The notes beneath the pieces are model-generated. The model saw nothing but the letters and a program-made list of their open reading frames with translations. It was not told the DNA's origin and ran no database searches. This document shows positions 52,783 to 64,000 of a DNA stretch of 64,000 nt, piece by piece (the first letter of the stretch is position 1; the number at the start of each line of letters is the position of its first letter). The position numbers were made by a program, and so were the translations under genes. This DNA comes from Pelomyxa schiedti (taxonomy: Eukaryota; Protista; Evosea). Location: positions 1 through 64,000 of the forward strand of contig JAHLWZ010000193.1 of assembly GCA_020536535.1 (NCBI GenBank), in the 5' to 3' direction.

Positions 52783-55700
52783 ATGCACACGCTTTTCAAA
52801 AAAAAGAGTAGCAGCAGCCAAAACAGCCCGACGTCAGCAGCGAATGGTGCTAGTTCCTCGTCGTCGCACCACTCGATGTCCTCGTCGGCCAACTCCATCA
52901 ACATCGCCAGCGTGTCGGCGTCCACCTCGTCGTCGTCGTCAGGCACGCTCTCCGCCTCGGCCCTTAACGCCACTTCGTCCCCGGCACCCCCCACTTCCCC
53001 AACCATTGTCTCGTCCTCGGGCATCACTATCCCAAAGCTCCAGCTCCCCGCCTCTTCGCCCTCAGCCCCAATCCCAATCTCCTCCTCCTCGTCCTCCAGC
53101 AACCCTGCGACTTCCTCGTCGATCTCGACGCCGTCGCAGGCCGCGCACCCCAGCAAGTTCCTCAAGCTGCCCCACTCGCACTCCAACAGCAACAGCGGCA
53201 GCACCAGTGTGCCGGCGGCCACGTCGCAGCCCAACTCCCCGACGCTGCCCCCCGCGGCCTCCTCGTCGTCGTCGCCGGGCGGCGGTGGCAGCAACACACC
53301 CCAGTCCGGATCGCCGTCGCGCCCGCGCAAGGGCCACCACCAGGGCAAGACATACTCGATGGCCGGGGCCGACGGCGTGCCGCAGCAGGTCACGATGCCC
53401 AACACGGCGCGCGGCTACCACCGGGGGGAGGAGGAGGCCTGGGGGAGCTACGACCAGCAGTCGCAGTCGCCGTCGCCGTCGCCGAGCCCCCCACTGGATA
53501 TGCCCAGCCCCCGGCGGGGCCCGTCCAGCACCACGCCGCCTACGTCGAAGAGCCCCAGGGACCGGGAGCGAGACAGGGCGAGGAGCCCGCACAGGCACAA
53601 GGGGCCTCCTGCGCCGACCGAGCCGATGGTGGTTCTCACACACTCCACGGGGTGCCTGCCAATGTCCGACAAGGAGGGCAGGATGTCCATGTCGTCTTCT
53701 GGCAGTTCGAATGTGGACGCTGGGATGCTGTCGGCTAGCATGGGCACTGGTGTCATGGAGAGGCCAATGAAGCACAACTCACACCATCACCATCACCGCC
53801 ACCACACAACAACCAGGCACGGCAGTGCCAATGTTGGGGAAGACAGCGGCAGTGGCAACAGCACCCACCCGCGGCGGCGCTCTTCTTCTTCTGTTGTTCC
53901 TCCGTGTCTGTCGCCGTCCATGTTTGTTGGTGCGGATAGACCTGGTCAAAACCAGTCTCTACTCCCGCCTTCCTTAGCTCTCGCTTCAGCTTCGTCACAT
54001 GACAGACACAGTGGATCCAAGAGTATGAGATCAAAAACTGGAAGCAGCAGAAGAGTGAGTGTAGGACGGGAAATGGGAGAAGATACTGACTCTGGAGCTG
54101 ATATTGAGATTGGTGACCCTGAACAAACCATTTCCTTCCTGGACAAACTTGGTGGGAATTAGCTTCATTTATTTACTCTTTGTTCACACCCAGTAGGAGA
54201 AGGTAACTTTGGTTCCGTTTGGAAGGCACAACATGTCTCCGGAAAGATACTTGCTGTCAAGAAGGTATTGCACCACCATCCAATCACAGTAACCAGTCCA
54301 CAGGTTCCTCGAGATGAAGCTCTTGAAATTACCAAGGAAGTCGATTTCATGAAAGACCTCAGAAAGAGTTCTTACCTTGTAAGGTGAGATTACTTTTTCT
54401 CCATCTTCTTCTAGACGTAAAAACAGGTACTATGCGAGCTGTAATGTGAAGACAGAACTGTGGATTGTGATGGGTATAACATATATTTTTCACTCGTTCT
54501 TGTGGTTAATGCCTCATTCTAGAGTATTGTGCTGCTGGCAGCTTACGAGGAATGATGAAAATTTGTGGGGTACCCTTCCTTTTTTTGGTTTTTTAATTCA
54601 ACGTCACTTAGCGAAACCTGTCTGAAAACGAGATTGCTGTTGCTACATGTCATATGCTGAGGGGTTTACATTGTCTACATGCCTCAAATAAGCTACACAG
54701 AGATATAAAGGTAGTTACTTTTGTATCTATTTTACATTTTTGATTCGTGAGAGGCTGCCAACATTTTGGTTGATGGGAATGGGATTGCAAAACTTGCTGA
54801 TTTTGGTGTGAGTGGTAATGGCAAACAACATCACACCATGATTGGAACACCCTTCTGGATGGCCCCTGAGGTTTCCCCATGCTCCCTGTAGTTGCCTTAA
54901 CACGTCAAAGATTATTCAAGACCTTGGATATGATGAACATGCTGACATTTGGTCTCTGGGAATTACATGCATTGAATTGGCTGAGGTAACGAATCGTGGG
55001 TGTAAAAAATGTTCCAACCTGTGCCAAGGGAGAGCCCCCGCACTTTGACGTTAATCCTATGAGAGCAATGCTACAAATACCCAAATGGGATCCGCCAACA
55101 CTGACACACCCAGATAAGTGGTCCCCAGCGTTCAATAACTTCCTTGCTCGATGCCTCGTGAAAAATCCTCACCAAAGGTCGTACCATTTACTCCCCTCTT
55201 TGTACTCACCTTTCAATGAAGACCGCTAAGTGCTGATTTACTGATGGACCCTTTTGTGAAACCTGCAGAAAATTCATCTCTTCTTGGTGAATATTTACTT
55301 CCTCAGTAATCTATTTTGACTCCAATCAGAACTAGTACAACTACAAGAACAAATGCGCCCATTGCAGGCACCGGAGCCAACAACGCCTCAACCCTCAAAG
55401 GACCCCGGTAATCTTGCCTCTTCACATGGGTCAAACTCGTCGTCATCATCCATTCTTGGAAACAAAGGCGGCAGCGTCATGTCTACTCCAGTAGGCGACA
55501 GTGATGCCGACCTCGACATGAGGGGGCTGAGTGGAATTTGGAGCAAGTTTGTGCTAGATAACCCAGCACTGGTGGGAGGAGCAGATGCGGAAGGTGAGGG
55601 TGATGATGAGTTGGAGGTAGGTGACGAAGCGGAAGATGGAGGCACAACAACAGAGGGTCAGAATTCTGACCTACAGACACCACGCCACTCCAGCTGCCTC

Positions 55701-56069
55701 GAGTCAACCACTCCACAACACTCCTCGTTCGTATCCACGCCAGGAAGCGGCGGGGTGACACCCCTGAAGCCAACCTTTATTGACCTGCGATCCGGATTCA
55801 CATCACACCAGCCCCAGAACAACGCAGCGACTCCTGGCACGCCGTGCTCACAGTGCGAAGACCTAAAGCGTGAGAACAGTCAACTCAGAGCCGAACTGGA
55901 CAAAGTTATGAAACTCAATTCGCAGCTGACACAGAGGCTGGAAGAAGCCGAAGAAGAAGTTCTAAGCGCAAAGGCTGATGCGGATAGAATCCGTGGCGAA
56001 TTTCAGGCCTACAAGAAACTCGGCAATTCCCTCGCCTTCAACCATGAGCCCACCATCTTACGATTGTAA
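52783..56069 (+). CDS. STE20-family (MST/Krs-like) protein kinase with Ser/Pro-rich N-terminus and C-terminal coiled coil
   Basis: [73 protein letters not shown]; coiled coil at about 55850-56020. Confidence 0.92.
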
Positions 56070-56240
56070 ATTGACCTTGGTATACATGGTTAAAAACAAT
56101 AGAAAGTTTGTATTTTTGCCTGAATAAGGCAACAACGCTCCTGGGTTGTCGTCCCTCTTCCAAATCACGGGTGGACCTTTTTGCCTTGATCCACGGAAAA
56201 CAAGGCAACTGGAAAAACAAAGAAAAAGGAAGGCCAATGC

Positions 56241-57886
56241 ATGGCGCAGAACGAGGACGCCGATGATTTGGGAACTGGATGGAAGCCAGTGCACAGGGGT
56301 CCCGTCCCCGATAAGATAAGGGTCCCACCACCGAGGCCTAACGAGCCCCTCTTCGAAGACGAGCCCGCGGCACCCCCCGGTAGCCCCCTGGAGGTATCGG
56401 GGCTCCTCGGCAAGCCCACGCGCACACCCGCGCCCGCCCAGCCCCCCGCTGTGGGACCGGCCACAGACGCCCCCACGGGGCTGGTCACAGCAGAGTGGAG
56501 CGGCAGAAGCGACACTCGCTCGGACAACGGGGACACGTACTGCGGGGAGTGGGTGCAAGGGAAGCGGGACGGGTGGGGAGAGCAGCTCTCGGCCCGCACG
56601 GGCAACTGGTTCGAGGGCCTGTGGCGCGCCGACGACCAGGTGATTGGGACGAGGTGGAACTTCGACAAGGAAAGGGGCGTCGTCGGTGTGTACGAGGGCG
56701 AGAGGGGCCATGACGAGAAGAAGAGGTTCAGCCAGGGCTGGGGCGTCCTGAGGGAGCATGTTTGCACCCCAGAGGAAAAAATTGCCTGGCAGACGTGGCG
56801 GGAAAACCCCCCACCGGCAGAATTATCGCCGCCTACTGCATCGTGTGCGGAACCTCCTTACAGAGTTTCTCGGAAGGACCTGGTGACGGTGTATGAGGGA
56901 AACTGGGAGAAAGGGAAAAAGCATGGGAAGGGCACGTACACAGACCCAAAAACGGGTGATACCTATGTTGGGAATTTTGTGATGGACCATAAATGTGGCG
57001 AAGGGAGGATGATGTTCCAGGATGGTGGGACTTACATCGGCTGGTGGGACCGTGACAAGTTCCATGGGAAGGGTGTCCGTCTGTTTGCTGATGGACAGAG
57101 ACAAGGTGGACTCTGGGAGCATGGTAGGTTTTTGTACCCTGAAGCGGACACTCCAGGGCTTCCGGGCCAAGAGGTTCATATTACCTTGTGAATTTTTTCT
57201 CCCCACTCTTTCATGATACGTCACACACCTGTTCAAGTCAAGTAATAATAAATACCTCTAGCCGTTGGATACAAGATCACAAGACACCACACGCTTTGAT
57301 CCCAAAAGTTTTTGTTCCCATCCCGCACCCAAAGTTGCATCTGCATTGACATCGTCACCTCCATTACCTACTACCTCCACTGCTACAGGCTCCCCACAGC
57401 CGTCGACACTGGCTCCCCTAAAAATAACACCCCCACAACACAATACACTCCCGGTAATTCCCGCAACAGAGCGGCATGCAGCCCAACTATCACTCTCACC
57501 AATATTTCAGCGGCCACCTTCAACATCGACAGAATCAATAGACAGCCTTGGCAGTGGCAGCTTTGTGTTAATGAGTCGGCCATCCTACCATTAGCCTTAT
57601 CTAACAACTAGTGCAGAGCGACTCAGTATTGTCGCTGAAAACCACGGGGAATTTTGTGTCAACCTCACTGATGCCACAATTCCAGGACTCAAGAGCACAA
57701 TACAGCAGAAGTTGAGTTTGGCTGCCAACCAAGAGATAACCAAGGTAAAATGAGAAACACTTTGGAAAACTAAGGGAATACCAGCTGGAAAAAGACACTC
57801 AAAGACATCAACGGGAGCTCCTGCAAAGTGACAAAGACATACAAAGATTGGAATCTGGAGCCCGCGTCTATGCACAAATACATTAG
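56241..57886 (+). CDS. MORN repeat protein with C-terminal ubiquitin/PB1-like domain
   Basis: MORN repeats in 56241-57173. In-frame introns (57174-57261 and two more) add a Ser/Pro linker and ..CVNLTDATIPGLKSTIQQKLSL..QSDKDIQRLESGARVYAQIH*. Confidence 0.78.
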
Positions 57887-58257
57887 TTATTCCCTCATGC
57901 GTCACCCCCATAACAACATTCTCTAATTGGCACTGAAAAAAAAAGACAACAATGTCCCTATCTTTCTAATTTCCAAATCCAATGCAGAAACGAATCACAG
58001 AAAAATGTCACTGATTCATCACCAACCTCGGAAAGATACTGTCGTGTTCCTGGGCCTTCTAACTTCCGCTCTTCTTCCTGATTGGAGGTCTTTCCTCTTG
58101 TCTGCTGTAAGTTCTGTGGGGTCCCTGTTACTCCAAAGGGCGATCTACAGACTTCAGTTGCGTTCCCCCTTCAGAAGGAAGGAAAAAAAAAACCGAAGTA
58201 GAAAACCAAACAAAAAAAATAAGGCAAAAAAACAATCAAAGGTGATAGGCACAGGAA

Positions 58258-60000
58258 ATGAAAAAGCAACAGGAGGAGAGGTTGCAGCAACAGTTGCGTG
58301 ACTTGTTGCAATTGCCCGAAAACAAAAAATGCATGGACTGCAAGATGAAGGTAAGGAACCGCTTGCTGTGCTTAATGACATCGGGACTTTTGTTTGTATC
58401 CTAATTTTACATTACATAGGGACCGGTATATGCGGTGCTAGACTTTGGTACATTCGTGTGCACCACATGCAGTGGCATACAGTTTGTTTTTTAGTCTAGG
58501 GCTGGTGATAGTTAATTGGGTGGGAGTATTGAAAGCATGGTTTGACTGTTTCTAGCCGCGAGTTTTCTCACCGTGTCAAGTCTATTTCTATGGCCACCTT
58601 TAAACCTGAGGAAGTGGAAAAAATGCGAAAAATCGGAAACGCTGTGTGTATCTCTAATCTTCCTTGGCTCTGGTAATGACAGTATTCTTTATTTCAGAAT
58701 GCTAAAAGAATATGGTTGGCGAATTGGTCGCCTTCCGATTTTCCTGAGCCTGAGGCCAGTCAAATTAGGCAAATAAGAGAATTCATGGAATTAAAAGTCC
58801 GTCTTAATCGTGCTACCCTTTCTGACTTTTAGTAGTATAAGTCAAGGAGGTGGTTCAGTGCCCAAGCTCTGGCATCCATTGAAAAAGGTGATGTGCCATC
58901 GTCGCCTTCTATACAAAAGGTTCTTCCTTTTTCCTTTCTTCTGTTATTGACTCTGTTTAGGCCCCGGAACCAGTTTCTGTGCCCCCACCAGAACCCCTCA
59001 CAACCCTTTTAGGTCCACAAATACCCCCAATAGCGGTCAATCCCGTGGAAAAGGTTAGTATCTCACACATTTCCTCCCTTGGTGACAACTTTGGTATTAC
59101 TAGACAATGTGGGTGGAATCCCCAAAAACTGCGCCGCCGCCACAGAAAACATCTGTGGACATTTTTTTCCAGGTTTTTCCTTTCTGTCTGTTACACTTTT
59201 AATATGGATTTTGATTTACAGGGGGGAAGTACAACTCAAGGAGACGACCTTATCACACAACAGAAGCAACAAGAAGAGCTTGCCCGGCAACAGGCTGAGG
59301 AGGAACAAAGGAAGCGGAATGAAATCATGCGTGCTTTCCAAACAACGCCAATGACCACTCAAACAATGTCCATAACCCCAAACCCAACAAATTCTGCCTC
59401 TGCTGTATCCGCACTTCTTTCCCCCGGCCCCACAATGTCCACCAATCCCCAAATGCAACCCGGTGTGCAATACATGATGCAGCCTGGTGGTGGCTATGTA
59501 ATGGCACAGCCAGGAGGTTATATGATGCAACCTCAGCCTGGTGTCTATATGATGCAACCCGGTGGTGGTTACATGATGCAACCCGGTGTTAACATGCAAC
59601 CTGGTGTAAACATGATGCAACCCGGTTTAAACATGCAACCCGGCGGTGGTTACATGATGCAGCCTGGAGTAAACATGATGCAACCCGGAGTAAACATGAT
59701 GTCACCCGGAGTAAACATGCAGCCTGGCGGCTATGTCATGTCCCCAAGTGTCAACCTCCAGCCAACCTTAAGTACACCAACTCCTCAACCAACTCCCACC
59801 CCCGCCAAACCAGACCGTATGCTTTCTTTCTTCCTTCCTCTTTCATTACTTAACACCTCCCAGTTTTCGCGAACCTGGTACCTAACCTCTCGTCAGCACC
59901 AGGTTTCCACTCTTTTTTCTCCATTACTTCTAACTGTGTATTAGCTGCCCGAACCACTCCGCCAGCAAAACCAGCCAGTGGAAGTGACCTCCTTTTTTGA
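58258..60000 (+). CDS. ArfGAP domain protein (AGFG-like) with Met/Gln/Pro/Gly repeat tail
   Basis: LPENKKCMDC..DFGTFVCTTCSGIHREFSHRVKSISMATF..GN: C4 zinc finger with catalytic Arg; multi-exon. Confidence 0.9.
59452..59765 (+). repeat. Coding tandem repeat (MQPG[V/G][N/G][Y]M-like units) in ArfGAP tail
   Basis: Recurrent ATGCAACCCGG/ATGCAGCCTGG units of about 18-24 nt. Confidence 0.9.
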
Positions 60001-60102
60001 AAAACACACCACCAATAGAACATTACATGAAAACAAACCACTGTATGAAGGCTGAGGAACAATATGATGTACTTAGAACAATCAAATTCTTTATTTTACA
60101 CT

Positions 60103-63100
60103 TCAAAAAAAATATGTGAGAAGAGGAAGTAGTAGAAGAGCGACAGTGATTGCCGTTTGCGTTCCACTACTAATAGAAACCGACTGCGAGGTGGGTTCGG
60201 ATTCGGATTCGGTGCCGGAGGAGGACAAGGATGCTGAATCAGACTCTGATTCCGACTCGGACTCGGACTCGGAGGTCGATAGTGACTCCGACTCTGATTC
60301 AGATGCAGATTCTGATGTAGACCTGGAAGTGGATCGTGATGTGGAGGTGGACCGTGAAGTGGATTCCGATTCCGACGCCGACTTCGATTTCGACTCTGAC
60401 TCTGACTCGGAAGTCGAAGTAGACTCAGATGTGGACGATGAGGAGAAAGAGAGCGACGTGGACTGTGACTTTGAAACAGATTGGGAGGATGAAATGGAAG
60501 ATGACATAGAGGACGAAGTCGACGATTGGGAGGAGGAAGAGATAGAGTTGGAGGAAGAAGAAACCGAGGAAGAAGAAACTGAGGCAGAAGACGATTGTGA
60601 CGCTGACGAGGAGTCGGAGGATGAAGATTCTGATAAAGAGCTTGAAATGGAGCTGGACAACGAATGTGACGACTGAGAAGACGAGTACGAGTCGGACGAC
60701 GAAGATGTAGAAGACGATTGAGAAGACGACTGAGACTCCGAAGAAGAGTCCGAGCTCGACGCCGATGATGACAGTGAAATCGAAGAGGACTCTGAGATAG
60801 ATGACGACTGTGATGAACTGGTGGATGTAGACCCCAAAATAAAGGAGTAAATGCTGGTCGACTCTTCAGCAAGAACAAAATCTGTTATGGTTACAGCATC
60901 CACAATAACTTCTACATCCACCATATCTAGTGGTAGCATGTCAGTCATCTCTCTAGGAAAAAAAAGGTTAAAAAGGTACGGAAAAGTGAATGTTCTTACA
61001 CTAAAACCTCCCCAACAACAGTAGAAAGATCTGCGGAAGCAGTCGTAAGGGTGTGGTTTGACATAGGGTGGTACTGCCAAAACGTCAAAATGGAAAACCA
61101 TTTAAAAAGTGGGAAGATACCAAAAACGAGAGGAGTGAATGGTGGGTACTTCTGGTACTTTTGGTACCAACAGCAGTTGCTTTACTAAGCCGCACATGGT
61201 TGATATATTCAGGTTTCAGAAGGGCCGGGACAAAGTGAGCGATTTCATCTTCGCTCATTTGGTGTAGAACATTATCGGAAACAGATTTGTCCTCGGAAAG
61301 AATAAGACCACTTATAGAAAGAGAGACATTAAGGACTGGTTGAACACAAGGTGGGCCTGAGAACCCATGGACTTCTGAATCCACGCCGTTATGTGTGATG
61401 TAGAGTGCAGTGCCGAGCATGCGGTTGAGTAAGGGGCTACAGCACCCCATTTGTTCATTCCATTTGTCTAAAATCGGTTTGCATGTAGACGATACGACAT
61501 GAGTGTATTCACTGGGGACTTTCCCCATTCCCGTAAGCATAAGCAAGCAAGTGGAAGGAATAGAATCGGCCAAACTATAGAGCCAAACATCATATAACCG
61601 GTGGTAACAAGAGCTGCACGGGTTGTCACTTCCCACATTAGAAGTTAATCAAAACACACTAGTTGTAAGCAGGATGGTACGAACACTCGAAGTCGTAAAC
61701 TATTCCCATATTTTCTTTATTTAAAATTTCAGCCACACACGCAGTGCACATGGGAAAGTCCAGAAAATCAAATTGGGTTCCCTGATCCACCACATTTTGA
61801 ATAAGCTGTTTGAAACATTGCGACCCTAGGTACTTTTCAGTAATTATTTTAAATTGAGTGTGGAAACCTGTTTGTCCAGTACTGTAATTAGCTGCACAGA
61901 TTATCTGCGGAAGAGAGATCATTGGCTGGAAGACATCAGCAACTTCTTGGGGGTTGCAAGCATTCAAAGCGGTAGTCATAACGTTATTCCAGATATTAAT
62001 AGAGGCAGGTACACTTTTTCAAGTTAGAGAGTGAAGGGAAAGTGGGAACACACCAAGGGTCTGAGTAGGTCACCAGAATATTTTGGAGAGCCATGTAGGC
62101 ACTCACTTGAGAATTCCAACTTAACAAAAACGTTAGTGGGCTACGTATGAGCTCGTGTGAACATACCATACTGACCACACTATAGACGTGTAATTGGGAG
62201 GATTTGAAATCATGCCACACATCTTCATTGTATATGTAACCAGAGTCCACATCACACAAGAGGACCAACTGGGCGATGTAAGAGGAAACCCAGTGCAATT
62301 CACAGTGGCAATGTCCTCCACTGTGCGATTGGTTTCGTTTCCATCCACCTGATAGTGTAAGTGCGGATTAGATGCAACTCAAGGAGGCGAGTGTACACAC
62401 CCTTGGTGAGGAAGCCGACCACACGGGGTAATCAAGCCAAGTTGAGGTTGAACTGCATGGGGAACATGTCTCAGAAGGAACTTGAACCAAATCCAGCCAT
62501 TTCCCCATTGTTTCCGGTGCCATAGAAGTCGCCAACCAGGCGCTAAGAGTGTCTAAGTGCAGCCCTGTTTCAGTTTCCCAGGTAGGCAACACCTGGTGCT
62601 GCACTGTGACAGGGTGCATCAACCCCCAAAGTTGATCTTGGGCAGTAATATCACCAGTAAGACCAGAAGGAGAAAAACTTGGCATCATATTGCCATACTC
62701 TCCATTTAGTAATATACAAGTACGGTCTACGTTCAAACAAACTGCTGGGGTCCTAGACCTGAGATAAACGCCAATCATCACAGCAGCGGCGTCGGAATTA
62801 GACTTTATCTGCTTCTCAAATATAGCTCCCCACAAAGCAACTCCAGTCGCATTAGAAGCAGTATAACTGTAAATATGTTTTGTAAGAAGCATAGATATAA
62901 CGGTTTTCAAATACCCCAGAGCAATCAAAGCCAGTGTGTTCACAGACAAACACTTTCCGCATACGGTGGCAGTGCGATTGCAAGATTCAGAGGTCGCAGT
63001 CGGACAAGTGGAGGTCGTGGGGGGTCCTTTTTTGAGAGCCGAAAGAAAGGACATGTATCCGGTTGTGTTGTCAACCTTGGGTGACATTACCGCGTCGAAA

Positions 63101-63376
63101 GACCTCGTGAATTGGAGCCACCCTTGCCCGCTCCTCGTGCGCATGTAGTCCATTTGTCTTGTAAACCAAGACGTAGCATCGGGCCCACAATTGGGTGTCT
63201 CGGCTCCTATTTTGTTGTCATAATTAATGGTTGTCGGGGTTTTGGATTGTGGCAAGGCACTGGTGGTTCCACGATTATTTATTTTGAAGTGCGAGTCGAC
63301 ACGCACCAGAAGAGAGGAGAGAAAAACAAGTAACCAACGCCACCCCGAGCACAAGCCAAAGGTGGTGGCCAACCAT
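60103..63376 (-). CDS. Secreted, probably GPI-anchored Cys-rich surface protein with Ser-rich stalk
   Basis: ATG 63376 gives signal peptide [24 protein letters not shown], spliced to AETPNCGPD...; several Cys-rich exons; Ser/SE-repeat stalk; hydrophobic C-terminus [17 protein letters not shown]. Confidence 0.78.
60185..60830 (-). repeat. Low-complexity poly-Ser/(Ser-Glu)n coding repeat (mucin-like stalk)
   Basis: GACTCG/GACTCT/GATTCC hexamer runs on the + strand. Confidence 0.85.
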
Positions 63377-63556
63377 GATGTTTTTTATTTTTTGTTTTCT
63401 TTCGGGTCTTACAAACTGCAGTCACAGTTTCCAGCTTCGGAGCGAGTACGTTTCCTCTAACACAACATCACGGAAACCTGAGTGCAACTTTCCCGCAGTC
63501 GCGGAAATCAATTTCCACCCAAAAAAGCACCTTCTAGGTACAGGAATACCGCAATC

Positions 63557-64000
63557 ATGCGGTCGGGTCTTCGAACCGACGGGGAAGGACTGCAGCCCAG
63601 CAGACGAGCAGGGCTGAGGTCAGCGAGCCCTGCATCCACGTTCCCCGGCGGGGACTCCCCACGAGGGGCGGCCATCTTGAGGCGGGGATCAGGGGGCCGC
63701 GACGCCCGCACAGGGGGGGACGCAATGGATGCTGACTACGTCTCTGCTACCGCTGTTGTGGTCGCCATGGCTCCTCAGGAGACTGGAGCGCGTGTGGGTG
63801 GCGACCCCGGTGCTACTGTAGAGAACGGCGATGACGAGGACCAGGATGAAGATGAGGATGAAAGTGGGGAAGAAGAAAGGAGGGAAGGGTTGGGCGGCGG
63901 CACAATTATGGGAGGGATGCCGCTTTCCGGGAGGATTGTTTTCGACGATCCTGATGAGAGAGGCATGATGGGGAGATTATCTCTCTTTTTTTGGTGTTTT
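63557..64000 (+). CDS. 5' part of an unidentified gene (acidic N-terminus), runs off window
   Basis: Open frame from ATG 63557 (second Met at 63725) to the window end; GC-rich like other first exons; divergent from the 63376 gene. Confidence 0.6.
   Translation, partial: MRSGLRTDGEGLQPSRRAGLRSASPASTFPGGDSPRGAAILRRGSGGRDARTGGDAMDADYVSATAVVVAMAPQETGARVGGDPGATVENGDDEDQDEDEDESGEEERREGLGGGTIMGGMPLSGRIVFDDPDERGMMGRLSLFFWCF

Noticed and set aside
59452-59765. Possible CRISPR-like array
   Set aside because: No unique spacers; in-frame coding repeat in a eukaryotic gene; no cas genes.
60116-60676. Asp/Glu-rich + strand ORF and similar long antisense ORFs (e.g. 44683-45324, 48889-49854, 52728-53405)
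   Set aside because: Shadow frames of low-complexity GC-rich coding sequence on the opposite strand.

Overview
Gene-dense, intron-rich eukaryotic DNA. Introns are short (about 35-90 nt), splice donors are weak, and GC-rich low-complexity exons cluster at gene ends. Gene content (transmembrane TKL kinases with an Entamoeba-TMK-like juxtamembrane domain, MORN proteins) suggests an amoebozoan, probably an archamoeba such as Pelomyxa; this is inference. About 18 protein-coding loci were assembled by eye across introns: PTH2, three receptor-like TKL kinases, a MAPK-like and an STE20 kinase, a USP9/24/34-type deubiquitinase, Mog1, an ArfGAP, an FG-GAP protein, two MORN genes (one a frameshifted MORN-Ubl-kinase fusion) and several low-complexity proteins. 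The top finding is a PARP4/vault-PARP-like gene (PARP-VIT-vWA) whose C-terminus carries a half Qc-SNARE motif, a prokaryote-type CFI-box-CTERM domain and a tail anchor. Also notable are a DSP-CBM20 phosphatase with reversed-laforin domain order and a putative GPI-anchored surface protein whose N-terminus resembles a degenerate Ntox44 toxin fold. No rRNA, tRNA, CRISPR array or mobile element was recognised. Exon boundaries are manual and gene spans include introns.
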